Positions 1 through 9,786 of a DNA stretch of 64,000 bases are shown here, piece by piece; within the stretch, counting starts at the first letter, position 1, and each line of letters starts with the position of its first letter. The stretch lies in NCBI GenBank assembly GCA_019704295.1, contig AP024596.1:1216001-1280000 (forward strand), in the 5' to 3' direction. Under the pieces are notes generated by a model. That model was not told the origin of the DNA. It was given only the letters and a program-made list of their open reading frames with translations, and did not search any database. Source of the stretch: Sulfolobales archaeon HS-7 (lineage in GTDB: Archaea > Thermoproteota > Thermoprotei_A > Sulfolobales > Sulfolobaceae). A program made the position numbers and the translations under genes.

Positions 1-2
1 AC

Positions 3-359
3 GTGGCATTGGATGATATAGGAGTGGTAGTCAATCCCATGCTGGCCGAGGGTCAAGTATTCGGAGGCATAATTCAGGGTTTCGGCGAATCCCATTTAGA
101 GGAGGTAATTTACGACGAGAGCGGAAACCCCCTTACAGTGAGTCTGGGGGATTACGCTATTCCGACCGCGGTTGAGTCTTTCAACATGAAGTGGATTTAC
201 AGTGAAGAGGGAAAGGCTAATTCCCCGCTACCTGCTAAGGGTATAGGGGAAGGTGCCACGATAGGAGCTCCGCCCGCTATTATAAGGGGAATTGAACGAG
301 CTACAGGGAAGAGGAGAACAAAGATCCCATTGAGAATGGAGGATTTGTCCCCTTACTGA
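3..359 (+). CDS. Xanthine dehydrogenase/CoxL/CutL-family molybdopterin-binding large subunit, C-terminal part (5' truncated by window)
   Basis: Motifs NPMLAEGQVFGGIIQG and AKGIGE typical of the molybdenum hydroxylase large-subunit C-terminus. Confidence 0.9.
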   Translation: MALDDIGVVVNPMLAEGQVFGGIIQGFGESHLEEVIYDESGNPLTVSLGDYAIPTAVESFNMKWIYSEEGKANSPLPAKGIGEGATIGAPPAIIRGIERATGKRRTKIPLRMEDLSPY

Positions 360-517
360 TCAGTATAGATACCCATAATATGTGTGGTTATGAACTTTTT
401 TAGTTAATAATAACAAACTAGGGGGATTTAAAGGGAATAAGCATTTCCCTTTCTACCCATCCTTTATGAATTTACTTTATTTTATTGATTTGAAATTAAC
501 TAATTGTTTGCGGACTC

Positions 518-677
518 GGTCGGTTACGCATTCATTACAAATTGTAATTTATGAGAGAATATGATAAAATATGGAAAATTTCTGAGTTTAAATCGCCGCA
601 AGTCATTGAGGTACTATTGAATTAAATTTGTTATAATTACTGAAATAAACTGAATTTACATGGAGACGTGAATCCCC
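518..677 (+). mobile_element. MITE family A copy (~160 bp)
   Basis: Shares AATTGTAATT...TTGAATTAAATTTG...AAATAAACTGAATT...GTGAATCCC with the copies at 2266, 21301, 38808, 39251 and others. Confidence 0.7.
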
Positions 678-684
678 CTCTATC

Positions 685-751
685 CTTGATAACGGGATTT
701 TCCCGTTTTAGAAATTGTCTCATATTTAGTAAAATTGGCGAAACGTGACTG
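685..751 (-). mobile_element. Solo terminal fragment of an ISH3-family IS
   Basis: Reverse complement (CAGTCACGTTTCGCCAATTTTACTAAATATGAGACAATTT) nearly matches the element end at 63229. Confidence 0.7.
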
Positions 752-1030
752 TCTCTTAAATCAGATGAGGACCTTCAGCATGATAGCGAGAAAGGAGCGT
801 CCCTTAAAAGGGAATACAATTCAGTCACGCGATAAAGTGGTAGATTAGCTAGAGGTATATATCAAATTTCTTACTACTATAATAATGTCCTTGAGATGAT
901 GCACATCTATAATCATCATATTATCATTGCTGAATTCTGGTTTGACTTGTGCAGTACACTGCAAAAGATCTATCGTAGGTTAAATTAGTATATTGCATAA
1001 GCTTATAAATATCAAGGTTAATTATACTCC

Positions 1031-2263
1031 GTGAGTGAAACAAGACAAGTGCTATTAGACCAGAAGGTAAGATTAGAAAGAAAATTTGAAAAGGAGATAA
1101 TTATTCAGAGAGATATTCCAAATCTAAAAAAATATCTTTCACAACCGAACGTTTTAGCGATACTTGGCGTTAGAAGAAGCGGTAAATCCACATTGGCTGA
1201 ATTGTTATTAAGAGGGGAGAATTTTGGATATGTGAATTTTGACGACGACAGATTAGTGGGGATTAAAGTCCAGGATTTACATAAGTTGGAAAAAGCCATC
1301 TACGAGTTATTTGGCGAAGTTAAGTACTTCCTTTTCGACGAGGTTCATAACGTAGAAGGCTGGGAATTATTCGTAAGTAGGTTAAGAGAAGAGGGTAAAA
1401 AGATAATAGTAACTGGAAGCAATTCAAAAACGCTCTCTGGCGAACTGGCAACTGCATTAACTGGGAGACATGTGAATTTCACCTTATTCCCCTTCTCCTT
1501 TTCAGAGTACTTGAGATTTAAAGGTGTTAAGATTGAGAAAATCAAGGATACATTCACTTCTTCCTCAGAAGGAGCGATTATGAGGGAATTGGAGAACTAC
1601 ATGAGAAAAGGAGGTTTTCCAGAAGTGTTGAAAATCTCTGATGACTTCATTTTCTCAATATTTTCTGACATAGTTTATAAGGACGTAGTAGAGAAGTTAA
1701 GAATAAAGAGGATCGAATTATTCAGAGCATTTACTGTAAACATTGTAAAATACTACTCAAATGAAGTTTCGTTATCTAGATTATCTAAAACATTAAAACT
1801 TAGTAATAATACAGTCGAAGAGTGGTTTAATGGGCTTATAAACGCATATGTAATAACAACGTCTGAAAGGTTCACTAATAAACCAAGGGAAGGCATGACG
1901 TCGCCAAAGAAAGTTTACGTAATAGATCCAGGTTTTATATCTTCAATAGCACTGGACGACTCAAAAGGCAGGATAATGGAAAATTTAGTTGCGTTACAAC
2001 TATCTAGAGTTGGAGAGAAATTATTTTATGTAAAGAGCAATAATTACGAAATAGATTTTTTTGTAAAAGATAAGGCAATTCAAGTTACCTATGCTTCAGG
2101 AAAAGACGAAATACCTAAAAGGGAGATTGAAGGATTAAATAAAGTAAAGGCAAGGAAAAAGGTCGTGATTACTTGGGACTATGAGGATGAAATAAAAGAA
2201 ATAAAATTTATACCTATATGGAAATTTTTACTTAGTACGGAACGTTACTTGAAGAGTAGTTAA
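1031..2263 (+). CDS. AAA+ ATPase (AAA_14 + DUF4143 family)
   Basis: Walker A GVRRSGKS, Walker B FLFDEVH, VTGS, ALTGR, GGFPE, PKKVYVIDPG, ENLV and EIDF motifs. Confidence 0.9.
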   Translation: MSETRQVLLDQKVRLERKFEKEIIIQRDIPNLKKYLSQPNVLAILGVRRSGKSTLAELLLRGENFGYVNFDDDRLVGIKVQDLHKLEKAIYELFGEVKYFLFDEVHNVEGWELFVSRLREEGKKIIVTGSNSKTLSGELATALTGRHVNFTLFPFSFSEYLRFKGVKIEKIKDTFTSSSEGAIMRELENYMRKGGFPEVLKISDDFIFSIFSDIVYKDVVEKLRIKRIELFRAFTVNIVKYYSNEVSLSRLSKTLKLSNNTVEEWFNGLINAYVITTSERFTNKPREGMTSPKKVYVIDPGFISSIALDDSKGRIMENLVALQLSRVGEKLFYVKSNNYEIDFFVKDKAIQVTYASGKDEIPKREIEGLNKVKARKKVVITWDYEDEIKEIKFIPIWKFLLSTERYLKSS

Positions 2264-2265
2264 GC

Positions 2266-2428
2266 TAGGGATTTAGAGCTCTTTTGCGAGTTGTAATTCA
2301 GAGAAAGAACGATAAAATAAAGTGAATCGTTGAGTGCAAGTCCCTCACTGGTCATTGCGGTGGTATTGAATTAAATTCATTAAAGTTATTGAAATAAGCT
2401 GAATTCACAAAGGGGACTCCTATTGCCC
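2266..2428 (+). mobile_element. MITE family A copy
   Basis: GGGATTTAGAGCTCTTTTGCGAGTT...AATTCACAAAGGGGACTCCTATTGCCC; colinear with 38808-38970. Confidence 0.75.
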
Positions 2429-2721
2429 GTAAAGGGTAGATAACTTCTATAATTACTCTTAGTATGGGGGTAATAATGTCTTACTATGATCAAATCATTA
2501 GGAAAAAATCAGCGAAATTGATACTACTAACCTGACTCCCTTCATGTAAAAAATATAAAGATACTATATTTCCAAATCCCTGTATTAATACAGGTTGATA
2601 TGTGGGGTAATTTCGTCTCATACACATGGCAGATCTTCGGGTCTCTTCCTATCCCCTTGTATTATAATTTTAAATAAAACTGAGAAAAAAGAGTTAAAGG
2701 AATACTCAACTAATCGTGTAT

Positions 2722-2889
2722 ATGGGTGAAACAATGCAGCAGTTAACAAAGAAACATGAAATCAGGGCCGAGACGGTGGACATATCTAAACTACCGGAAG
2801 AGTACCTAAGAATTGAGTTTCCTGAAGATTGGAAATATAGGAAGAGAATAAACGCCTTAATGGACGGGACCTACTTCTATCAAGGCTAA
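2722..2889 (+). CDS. Small hypothetical protein (55 aa, MGETMQQLTKKHEIRAETVDISKLPEEYLRIEFPEDWKYRKRINALMDGTYFYQG), below the ORF-track cutoff
   Basis: Open frame with protein-like composition; BRE/TATA-like AAAAAAGAGTTAAA ~25-35 bp upstream; GGTGA before the alternative ATG at 2734. Confidence 0.5.
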   Translation: MGETMQQLTKKHEIRAETVDISKLPEEYLRIEFPEDWKYRKRINALMDGTYFYQG

Positions 2890-3025
2890 TTTTGAGCCTT
2901 TAATCTAATTCTTTGATCTAATTAAGGTAGTCTAGAGGTATGAGTGCAAGATATACTTTTTGTCCCTAAAAGTTTAAGCATTTTCACGTTATCCTACTCC
3001 TAAAATAAGGAGTTACCTTTTTATC

Positions 3026-3178
3026 TTATAGTTGATCGGACCTTTAGGGTCAAAATAAAACCTCTCATGAGGCAATGCAGAATTACCCTGACATTTAGGA
3101 ACAATAAGAATCATACTACAGAGGATGTTATTATATACAAACTAATAACCTTGGTTTTTAGGGTCTAACGAAGTATAT
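3026..3178 (+). mobile_element. MITE family B copy (~150 bp)
   Basis: Ends TTATAGTTGATCGGACC and GGTCTAACGAAGTATA; internal AATAACCTTGGTT; colinear with 42711-42866 and 32815-32960. Confidence 0.7.
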
Positions 3179-3591
3179 GAAGGGGGATTAACCTTATTTA
3201 AAATAAGAAGGGTTGTGTCTACATAAATTAATAGTTACTGTGTGAGAAGTTAAATTATATTATCAGAACATGGTACAGTTATTAGCATCGTTTATAATAT
3301 CTCAAAATTGACGTGAAATATATTATCCGTCTTATTCTGAACTAGTCAAATTTTTTAAATAGTACCCACTAAAACTAGAAGTATACCAGTTGTTTATCGT
3401 GGATAAATTTAAATAATTTATCTAATGAAGGGATTTGGGGTAAGTACTTACATACATTCCAGTGTTAGCGAATATAAAGTCCCTTATAAGCAGATTGCCT
3501 CAATTTAGGAAAACATGATAAAACGAACAACAAACCTCATCTTTTTAAGACGGTGTAAAGCATTTTAACTAGCTCAACAGCCAACTTTCTT

Positions 3592-3870
3592 GTGACCCCT
3601 TCTCCTGGTCAACTTATAAAGGAGCGGGAGCCGACTCCTTCTCCCGCAATGCCAGAGGGTGGCTACGAAGTTGAGTTTAAAAATAAGAGGACTAACATAG
3701 TTTGTCTCCTACCAAAAGGTTCACAACACAGGAAGTTACTTACACTAGCGTGCACCTCAGTCGAGTTGTTGAAGGAGTTAAACTACAGGAGGAGGCGACA
3801 ATTCTCCGCGAGGGAAAAGTTGACTTCAAGCGAACGTGGGGGAAGTATTACGAGAAGTGCAAGTAACGTG
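3592..3870 (+). pseudogene. tnpB: IS200/IS605-family TnpB 5' remnant, frameshifted and truncated
   Basis: KRTNIVCLLPKGSQHRKL...ELNYRRRRQF, then KVDFKRTWGKYYEK in a shifted frame; resembles the Sulfolobales TnpB N-terminus. Confidence 0.7.
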
Positions 3871-3959
3871 AGTGATTATAAATTAATTTACAGTTATCTC
3901 CTATACTCATGTAGTTTTAGTGTGTAAGATTTTGAGTTTACTACCATAGCTAAGTTATT

Positions 3960-5783
3960 TTACTTGAACACGAGAACGCCTTTTGGCGGAAGCGATGTCT
4001 TTCCATCTACAACTGTACCGTTTCCCGCTATAATAGACTTGCCGTCAATAATATCGTTTTGGATAACCGTGGTATCGTATGAGTGATTTATGAGAATGAG
4101 AAGCTTTTCCCCACTTCTTTCCATCTCTATCGTCTCCACATGGGGGACAACGGTTTTAATTGGACTTATCCCTGCGCTCCTCAATAAACTATCATAAACT
4201 GTTAGTAATTCCCACTGCATATTCTCCGACATAGTGGAAACCAATTCGAAAGGTAGTAGGGATAGGAAGGCCTTTCCGTTATATGTTATAATGGGTCTAC
4301 CTTCCACGTCTGTGGCTATGACTTCAGCGTCCACTGGTCTTACCTCGTACGTGTAGATAGGTGTCGGAAGTTCAACCGTTAAAACCTCATTTTGCAGCCT
4401 TATCTCGATCTTCCCCTCATATTTCCTTCCGTAGGTTCCGGCTTTTGAGGCGTTTTCTACTCCAAAAAGTTCCTCCCATAAATGAGTTAATGCGTCGTGA
4501 GCTGAATAAACTAGATTAGGTATGTATTTAAATGTAGAGACGTAGAGCCTCGCATTTGAGTTAATTATCTTCCTCCACGTGGTGGTTTTAAGAACAGGAA
4601 TTGAGGGTGCGATTATAACTCCAACATCGGTCAACTCCTCGTCTTCATTAAAGGTTCGAGGATTTATCCCTAGGGAGTTTAGGAAGCTGATCGATGTAGT
4701 TAAAGGACCGGGAATTCTAAAGAGAAATTCATAGCTCCTATTAGGCAGTTCGTATTTCCTGTAATTTGGTATAATGATTCCCACACGACTTAACTTTGGG
4801 AGAAAATCTTCTCCTACTTTAACTAGCTCTTGATGAAACTTATAGAAGCTTTTGACCGAGGGTTTCTCCTTTCCATTTACATCAATAAGGCCAAAGTTAA
4901 GTTCAAGTGGCTTCCATAAATAGGGAGGATCTGCTTCATGTGTAAAATCTGAAAAACACCAAGCTAACGCCCCGGCTGCCCCGTGTCCATATGAGCTCCA
5001 GAGAACTTCGTAAACAAATTGGGCGATTGATTCTTGGGAATATTGTGACGTGCTAAATCCAAACTCCTCGAGAACAACAGGTACTCTTCCACCCATCGAG
5101 TAAAGCTGAATAGTAGCTCCGTATACGTACCCGTGTCTGACAGGATCTGTGTCATACCTGTAGAGGTGAATTCCTACGTAGTCGGAATATTTTCTAACGA
5201 TTTCAGGATCCTGAAGGTATGAAAGCACGTCTCCAGAGGATACTATCTTCCCTCTTGCGGAGTCGTGAAGAGCTATCATGAGAGGTAGAGACTCCTCCAT
5301 AGAGGAAGGGTTTCTTACGAGGGAAAGCTCATTGCTGAGGAGGTAACCGAGGAGAGCGGGATGATCTTTTACCCTCTCTATTATGGCGTTAGAGAACTTC
5401 GCGAATTTACTAACCGCTTCAGGGGAGAAGACATCGTTGTTAGGGGCCCATGGGATGAACCAGTTCCTCCCGCTCATGTGCCCCACTATCATGGAAACTA
5501 ATACGTATATTTGGTTTTCCTTTGCGATATCCAGAAGGGTTACCAGTTGTCTAACCGACTTTTCATTAACATCTCCATAAATGGAATAAAAGTCTTCATC
5601 TAAGAGAAAAATTCTTACTGTATTACCTCCAAATTCTTTAATTTTTGAAAAATCCCTTCTTATTTCCTCCTCTTTCCAGTTTTTCCACATCTTTATGTTC
5701 TGCTCTCGTGGCCAGTAGTTTACCCCCAGAAGAAATTTCCGTTTACCATTAAAGCACAGCCCATTTCCACATATTTCTATCAT
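3960..5783 (-). CDS. GH5-like (clan GH-A) endo-beta-mannanase/beta-mannosidase, cytoplasmic
   Basis: GVNYWP, RIFL, GHMSG, SNE (acid/base), HLY, LEEFG (nucleophile) and WC motifs; no signal peptide. Confidence 0.85.
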   Translation of the reverse strand: MIEICGNGLCFNGKRKFLLGVNYWPREQNIKMWKNWKEEEIRRDFSKIKEFGGNTVRIFLLDEDFYSIYGDVNEKSVRQLVTLLDIAKENQIYVLVSMIVGHMSGRNWFIPWAPNNDVFSPEAVSKFAKFSNAIIERVKDHPALLGYLLSNELSLVRNPSSMEESLPLMIALHDSARGKIVSSGDVLSYLQDPEIVRKYSDYVGIHLYRYDTDPVRHGYVYGATIQLYSMGGRVPVVLEEFGFSTSQYSQESIAQFVYEVLWSSYGHGAAGALAWCFSDFTHEADPPYLWKPLELNFGLIDVNGKEKPSVKSFYKFHQELVKVGEDFLPKLSRVGIIIPNYRKYELPNRSYEFLFRIPGPLTTSISFLNSLGINPRTFNEDEELTDVGVIIAPSIPVLKTTTWRKIINSNARLYVSTFKYIPNLVYSAHDALTHLWEELFGVENASKAGTYGRKYEGKIEIRLQNEVLTVELPTPIYTYEVRPVDAEVIATDVEGRPIITYNGKAFLSLLPFELVSTMSENMQWELLTVYDSLLRSAGISPIKTVVPHVETIEMERSGEKLLILINHSYDTTVIQNDIIDGKSIIAGNGTVVDGKTSLPPKGVLVFK

Positions 5784-6674
5784 TTAACTCACCGAAGACG
5801 TCAGTTTTTTTATTTCCTGGACGCTGACCTTACCCTCCCTCACGAGCTTAAGCAACCTCTTGAACTCTTCGGAAAACTCTTCGCTTCCCGTCAAGGTTCC
5901 AATTGCTTCTGACAGTACCTCTTCATCTAGGTAGATCATCTTAACGGACATCCCTCCGTCAATTGTGAAATTGACTCCAGAGATCCATGACGCCTTTTCC
6001 GAACATAAAAAGGATATTAAGTTAGCTACGTCCTCCGGATTTCCGACCCTTCCCGTTAAATGTTGTTTATGATCTAGAGGAGAAAGATCGCTCTCATGAG
6101 GAGGGTACTGGTATCTTGACGTGTCGATCCACCCCGGTGAGATTGCAACGACTCTTATTCCGTATCTGGAGAGACTTACTGCCATAGCGTGAGTTAACGC
6201 TATGACTCCACCTTTTGATGCGGAATAAGGCTCTGTGAACGGTTCAGATTGAAAAGCTCTTGTCGACGCCATGTTTACAATCACTCCTCCTGTTCTACTC
6301 ATAATTTCTCCTAAGTGTCTGGAACAAAGGTAGGTACCAGTAAGATTAGTGCCGATTACCTTTTGCCAATCGGCTATGGACTGTTCGAAAAACGGCTTAC
6401 GAAATGACGCAATTCCTGCATTATTGATCAGGGCATCCACTCTACCAAACGCAGAGTCGATGAATTTCTTTAACTCAATAATACTCATTTCATCAGATAC
6501 GTCAGTTTTCTTAAAGACCACATTAAGATTTTTTTCTCTTAGGTTCTTCTCCCTGAATTTTCCCGCATCTTCATCTATATCCGCTATTACAACCAGGTAA
6601 CCATCCTGAGCCAGTCTCTCGGTAACTGCGCTACCAATCCCCTTGGCACCCCCCGTTACAACTGCTACTTTCAT
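5784..6674 (-). CDS. Short-chain dehydrogenase/reductase (SDR) with C-terminal extension
   Basis: TGGAKGIG, NNAG, YSASK and DGG motifs; likely start MKVAVV at 6674; stop abuts the GH5 start. Confidence 0.9.
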   Translation of the reverse strand: MKVAVVTGGAKGIGSAVTERLAQDGYLVVIADIDEDAGKFREKNLREKNLNVVFKKTDVSDEMSIIELKKFIDSAFGRVDALINNAGIASFRKPFFEQSIADWQKVIGTNLTGTYLCSRHLGEIMSRTGGVIVNMASTRAFQSEPFTEPYSASKGGVIALTHAMAVSLSRYGIRVVAISPGWIDTSRYQYPPHESDLSPLDHKQHLTGRVGNPEDVANLISFLCSEKASWISGVNFTIDGGMSVKMIYLDEEVLSEAIGTLTGSEEFSEEFKRLLKLVREGKVSVQEIKKLTSSVS

Positions 6675-7239
6675 AATTAAAATTAGGTTCATATGGAAAT
6701 AAAATTAAACCTCTTCTGTACCTCTTTAACTAATCGTTAACATCTCATATCCAGACCTAAAGGGTTAAGGAGGAAGAGTCCATAAGAGCTTTCTTGGTGT
6801 CTAAAGGTTTGTGGAAAATAATCTGACTTATCATCTAAGTGAGTATCACTCCAATCAAAAGTCCTGCATGGAATATCTTGAGCGTCATGTTCGATTCTTG
6901 GGTGTCTACGGTGCCTGTACAATCCTTATGGCAAACAAGCCCTAACTGTAATTGCGGTAGCAATTCGCAATCAAGATTGGAAATCTACGTTTAACACATA
7001 AAAAAGGGGTCCGTTAAAGAAGTTTATTTATCTCTTATATGCAGACAACTCTTCTAAAGATAATGTAATACAGGTTAAACTTTGGCAATAAAAAACGGCT
7101 ATCAACTACTATAAAGGTGGTTATTTGATATAGTGAGACTTCTGGCGGACCTTGCCTCTCCACTTAATACGGAATTTTCACAAATAGTCATTAGGATATT
7201 ATATACGGGTATATACACTACCGACCATTAACTTTATTT

Positions 7240-7822
7240 AAGAAATAGGGCATTACACGTATTGTTTTCCACTTCCCTTCCTCGCCCGCTTTACAGATAT
7301 TATGGGTTATTCCAGCCCAGATGTCCTTAGGATGTTGAGGTATATGTTGTAATTCCGGTCTATGACCTAATTACAATTACGATAGGCAAATATGCGATCA
7401 GCGATTGTCAAGTCCTTATCAACGTGTCCCCATCTAATACAAGTCAAGGCCGTATACGTTGAGATGACGAGTATATTCTTCGTAGTGCATCTTTCGAATC
7501 TACACTTTATAATACCCTGAGCCTATGAAGAGGAGCTCCGTGTAGCCTTATCCTACGAGGGTACTTAAGCACTAACAGCATGGCTAACAGGGGGAGTGTC
7601 CAAATTAAGGAGGCTATCCGCCTTGTAGGTCTAGGCTAGATAAAATTTTGCAGTATTCAGGACTTTTTCTAATGTTAGGAGTAAAAACAAAGGTTTTTCA
7701 TTCACATCACTCACGAAAGTTAACAACGACTTAGTTTTCTGGAGTTCGTGATATTCCCCTGCATTTCGGATAAGGTGATTAAAAAAACAATCAATTCCAA
7801 TATCAACCTCGCGCGATTTCAT
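7240..7822 (-). pseudogene. tnpB: Decayed TnpB (IS200/IS605) 3' portion and downstream end
   Basis: Minus-strand translation YTALTCIRWGHVDKDLTIADRIFAYRNCN*VIDRNYNIYLNILR is a degenerate TnpB Zn-ribbon/RuvC-III; IGID and RIRLH remnants upstream. Confidence 0.7.
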
Positions 7823-7956
7823 TAACGTTTGTTACGTAAAAGTACCAAAGTGTTACTTTAAGTTTTTTCCCCGACTATTAAACGTTATTTAAGTTGTTAA
7901 GTCAGAGACCTAAGGGAAAATAATAAGTTAATAAATTATCAAAACAAAACGGTAAT

Positions 7957-9786
7957 ATGGCAATTCATAACGATAAGGTAAGGTTTTTGACGTACGTAAC
8001 AGCCCCCTTCGCTATGGAACTCATTAGAACGGGAGCTGTTAAAAAATTTCCTGAAATTTTGTCATCCTACGGAATAGAAAAAGTATACATAGAGAACTAT
8101 AGGGACGGACTATTACTAAGCAAAAGCGATCTCCAATATCTGAAGGATAGGTTTGAGAGAAGACTGGAGGTTTCGGGAGGAATGGCAATAGGTACGTGGG
8201 GTGAGGGATGGGGAGAGATGGAACAATACGAATTCAAGGTAGCATGCATAAGCGACGAAAGGAATAGACAAATGATAAAGGCCGTTGCCGAAAGGAACGC
8301 CGAAGTTTTTAATGAAGTCATTATTGACGACTTCTGGGCAAACTGGTGTTACTCTGAAAAGGACGTTGAGAAATTTAACGAAATTTACGGGTATAGGTTA
8401 GATAAGAACACGTTGTCCAAACTACTAGCTGATAATGACGAAGAGATATCCTCTCTTTGGGCAAACTACTCGTCGCAACTTCTTGAGGACGTGTCTAAAA
8501 ATTACGTAGTAGAGCCTATGAAAAAAATAAACAGTAACTTGAAACTGATTCTAAAGGTTGGGGAGTGGAGGGAACTCTACATTCACAGGGGGTTAAACCT
8601 TCGTAGACTATCGAGACTGTTCGATAAGTTCTATGTGGGCACGGAGTCAAGAGAATTCTCCCCTGTCACAGGTTCTCTATATATCGTGCAATTCGTAAGG
8701 GCACTAGTAGGAGAGAAAGTAAAAGGGGTCTGGTTCGATCTTTATGATGGTATTACGTGGGAAGAACATGCAAGTTTACACACGTTAAGAAATCAAGCTA
8801 AGCTAAGCATGATGGGCTTCACTGATGAAATTTTGCTTTTTGATGCGAGACATTTTATGCAAAATTCTAGCGATAAGGAAATTCGAGGAATTGTTAACGA
8901 AATACGGCTTATGAAAAGTTGGAGAAGAAGGGTAACTGGCGAGGAAAAGGGTCTAAAAAAACTTGCTATACAACACCCCTATAATCAGGTCTTTGATGGC
9001 TATTTTGCCGATACGCTCGGATTAATAGGGGTGCCCATAGTATACGCGTCTGTTGATAGTGTAAAGGAAGGGGACAACGTTTTACTTACTGAAGGCGACA
9101 TCAAATATGTCGATATTTTAAGACTAATAGAGCAGGGGGCCAACCTGATCCTAACTGCATCAGCTGCTGAAAAATTAGGTAATACGCTGGGAGAAGTTGG
9201 ATATCAAATACTAGGAGTAGATTCTAGGAATCCGATCCTGCATCAATTCGTTAACGGGTATGCCTTCTTCTCTAAGGGAATTGGAGCCTCAAGACGTCAC
9301 AGGGTTGCTCCTGGATTTCTTGCAGGTCCAATATTTAATACAAATGACTCCGCTAATGTAATGCTGTGGCTATACGATGGAAAATTATCATATCCCGTGA
9401 TTTTTCAAAACAGTTATAGGACAGTGAAGGTCTCCGTATTAGGTATCACAAAGTACTATGGGTATCTTACGTTTAATTATCCTGAACTTGTAAGACAGGT
9501 AGTAAGGGACATCGCTTTCAATAACTTGGATTTCAGCGTTGAGGCAATAGGACACACTCTGACTAACTTAGTTACCGTGGTAAGGGGGAATAGCGTTACA
9601 TTTGTAAACCTCAATCCCTTTAACATAAGATTCTTCGTTAACCTTAAGGAAAACTCATATGTTGAGCTGGAAAAGCCGAGCGTAGGGGCTAAAATAGTTA
9701 GTGAGGAGAGCCTGAACAACGGAAAAAGAGTAAAAGTCGGAGTTAGCGCACATGGGCAAGCCTTACTTAAGATCACTACTCGCTGA
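7957..9786 (+). CDS. Uncharacterised 609-aa protein, putative glycoside hydrolase (TIM barrel, GATase-like and beta-sandwich layout)
   Basis: KVYIENYR, EVIIDDFW, VGTESRE and WFD motifs; lies between GH5, GH12 and sugar ABC genes; no signal peptide. Confidence 0.55.
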   Translation: MAIHNDKVRFLTYVTAPFAMELIRTGAVKKFPEILSSYGIEKVYIENYRDGLLLSKSDLQYLKDRFERRLEVSGGMAIGTWGEGWGEMEQYEFKVACISDERNRQMIKAVAERNAEVFNEVIIDDFWANWCYSEKDVEKFNEIYGYRLDKNTLSKLLADNDEEISSLWANYSSQLLEDVSKNYVVEPMKKINSNLKLILKVGEWRELYIHRGLNLRRLSRLFDKFYVGTESREFSPVTGSLYIVQFVRALVGEKVKGVWFDLYDGITWEEHASLHTLRNQAKLSMMGFTDEILLFDARHFMQNSSDKEIRGIVNEIRLMKSWRRRVTGEEKGLKKLAIQHPYNQVFDGYFADTLGLIGVPIVYASVDSVKEGDNVLLTEGDIKYVDILRLIEQGANLILTASAAEKLGNTLGEVGYQILGVDSRNPILHQFVNGYAFFSKGIGASRRHRVAPGFLAGPIFNTNDSANVMLWLYDGKLSYPVIFQNSYRTVKVSVLGITKYYGYLTFNYPELVRQVVRDIAFNNLDFSVEAIGHTLTNLVTVVRGNSVTFVNLNPFNIRFFVNLKENSYVELEKPSVGAKIVSEESLNNGKRVKVGVSAHGQALLKITTR

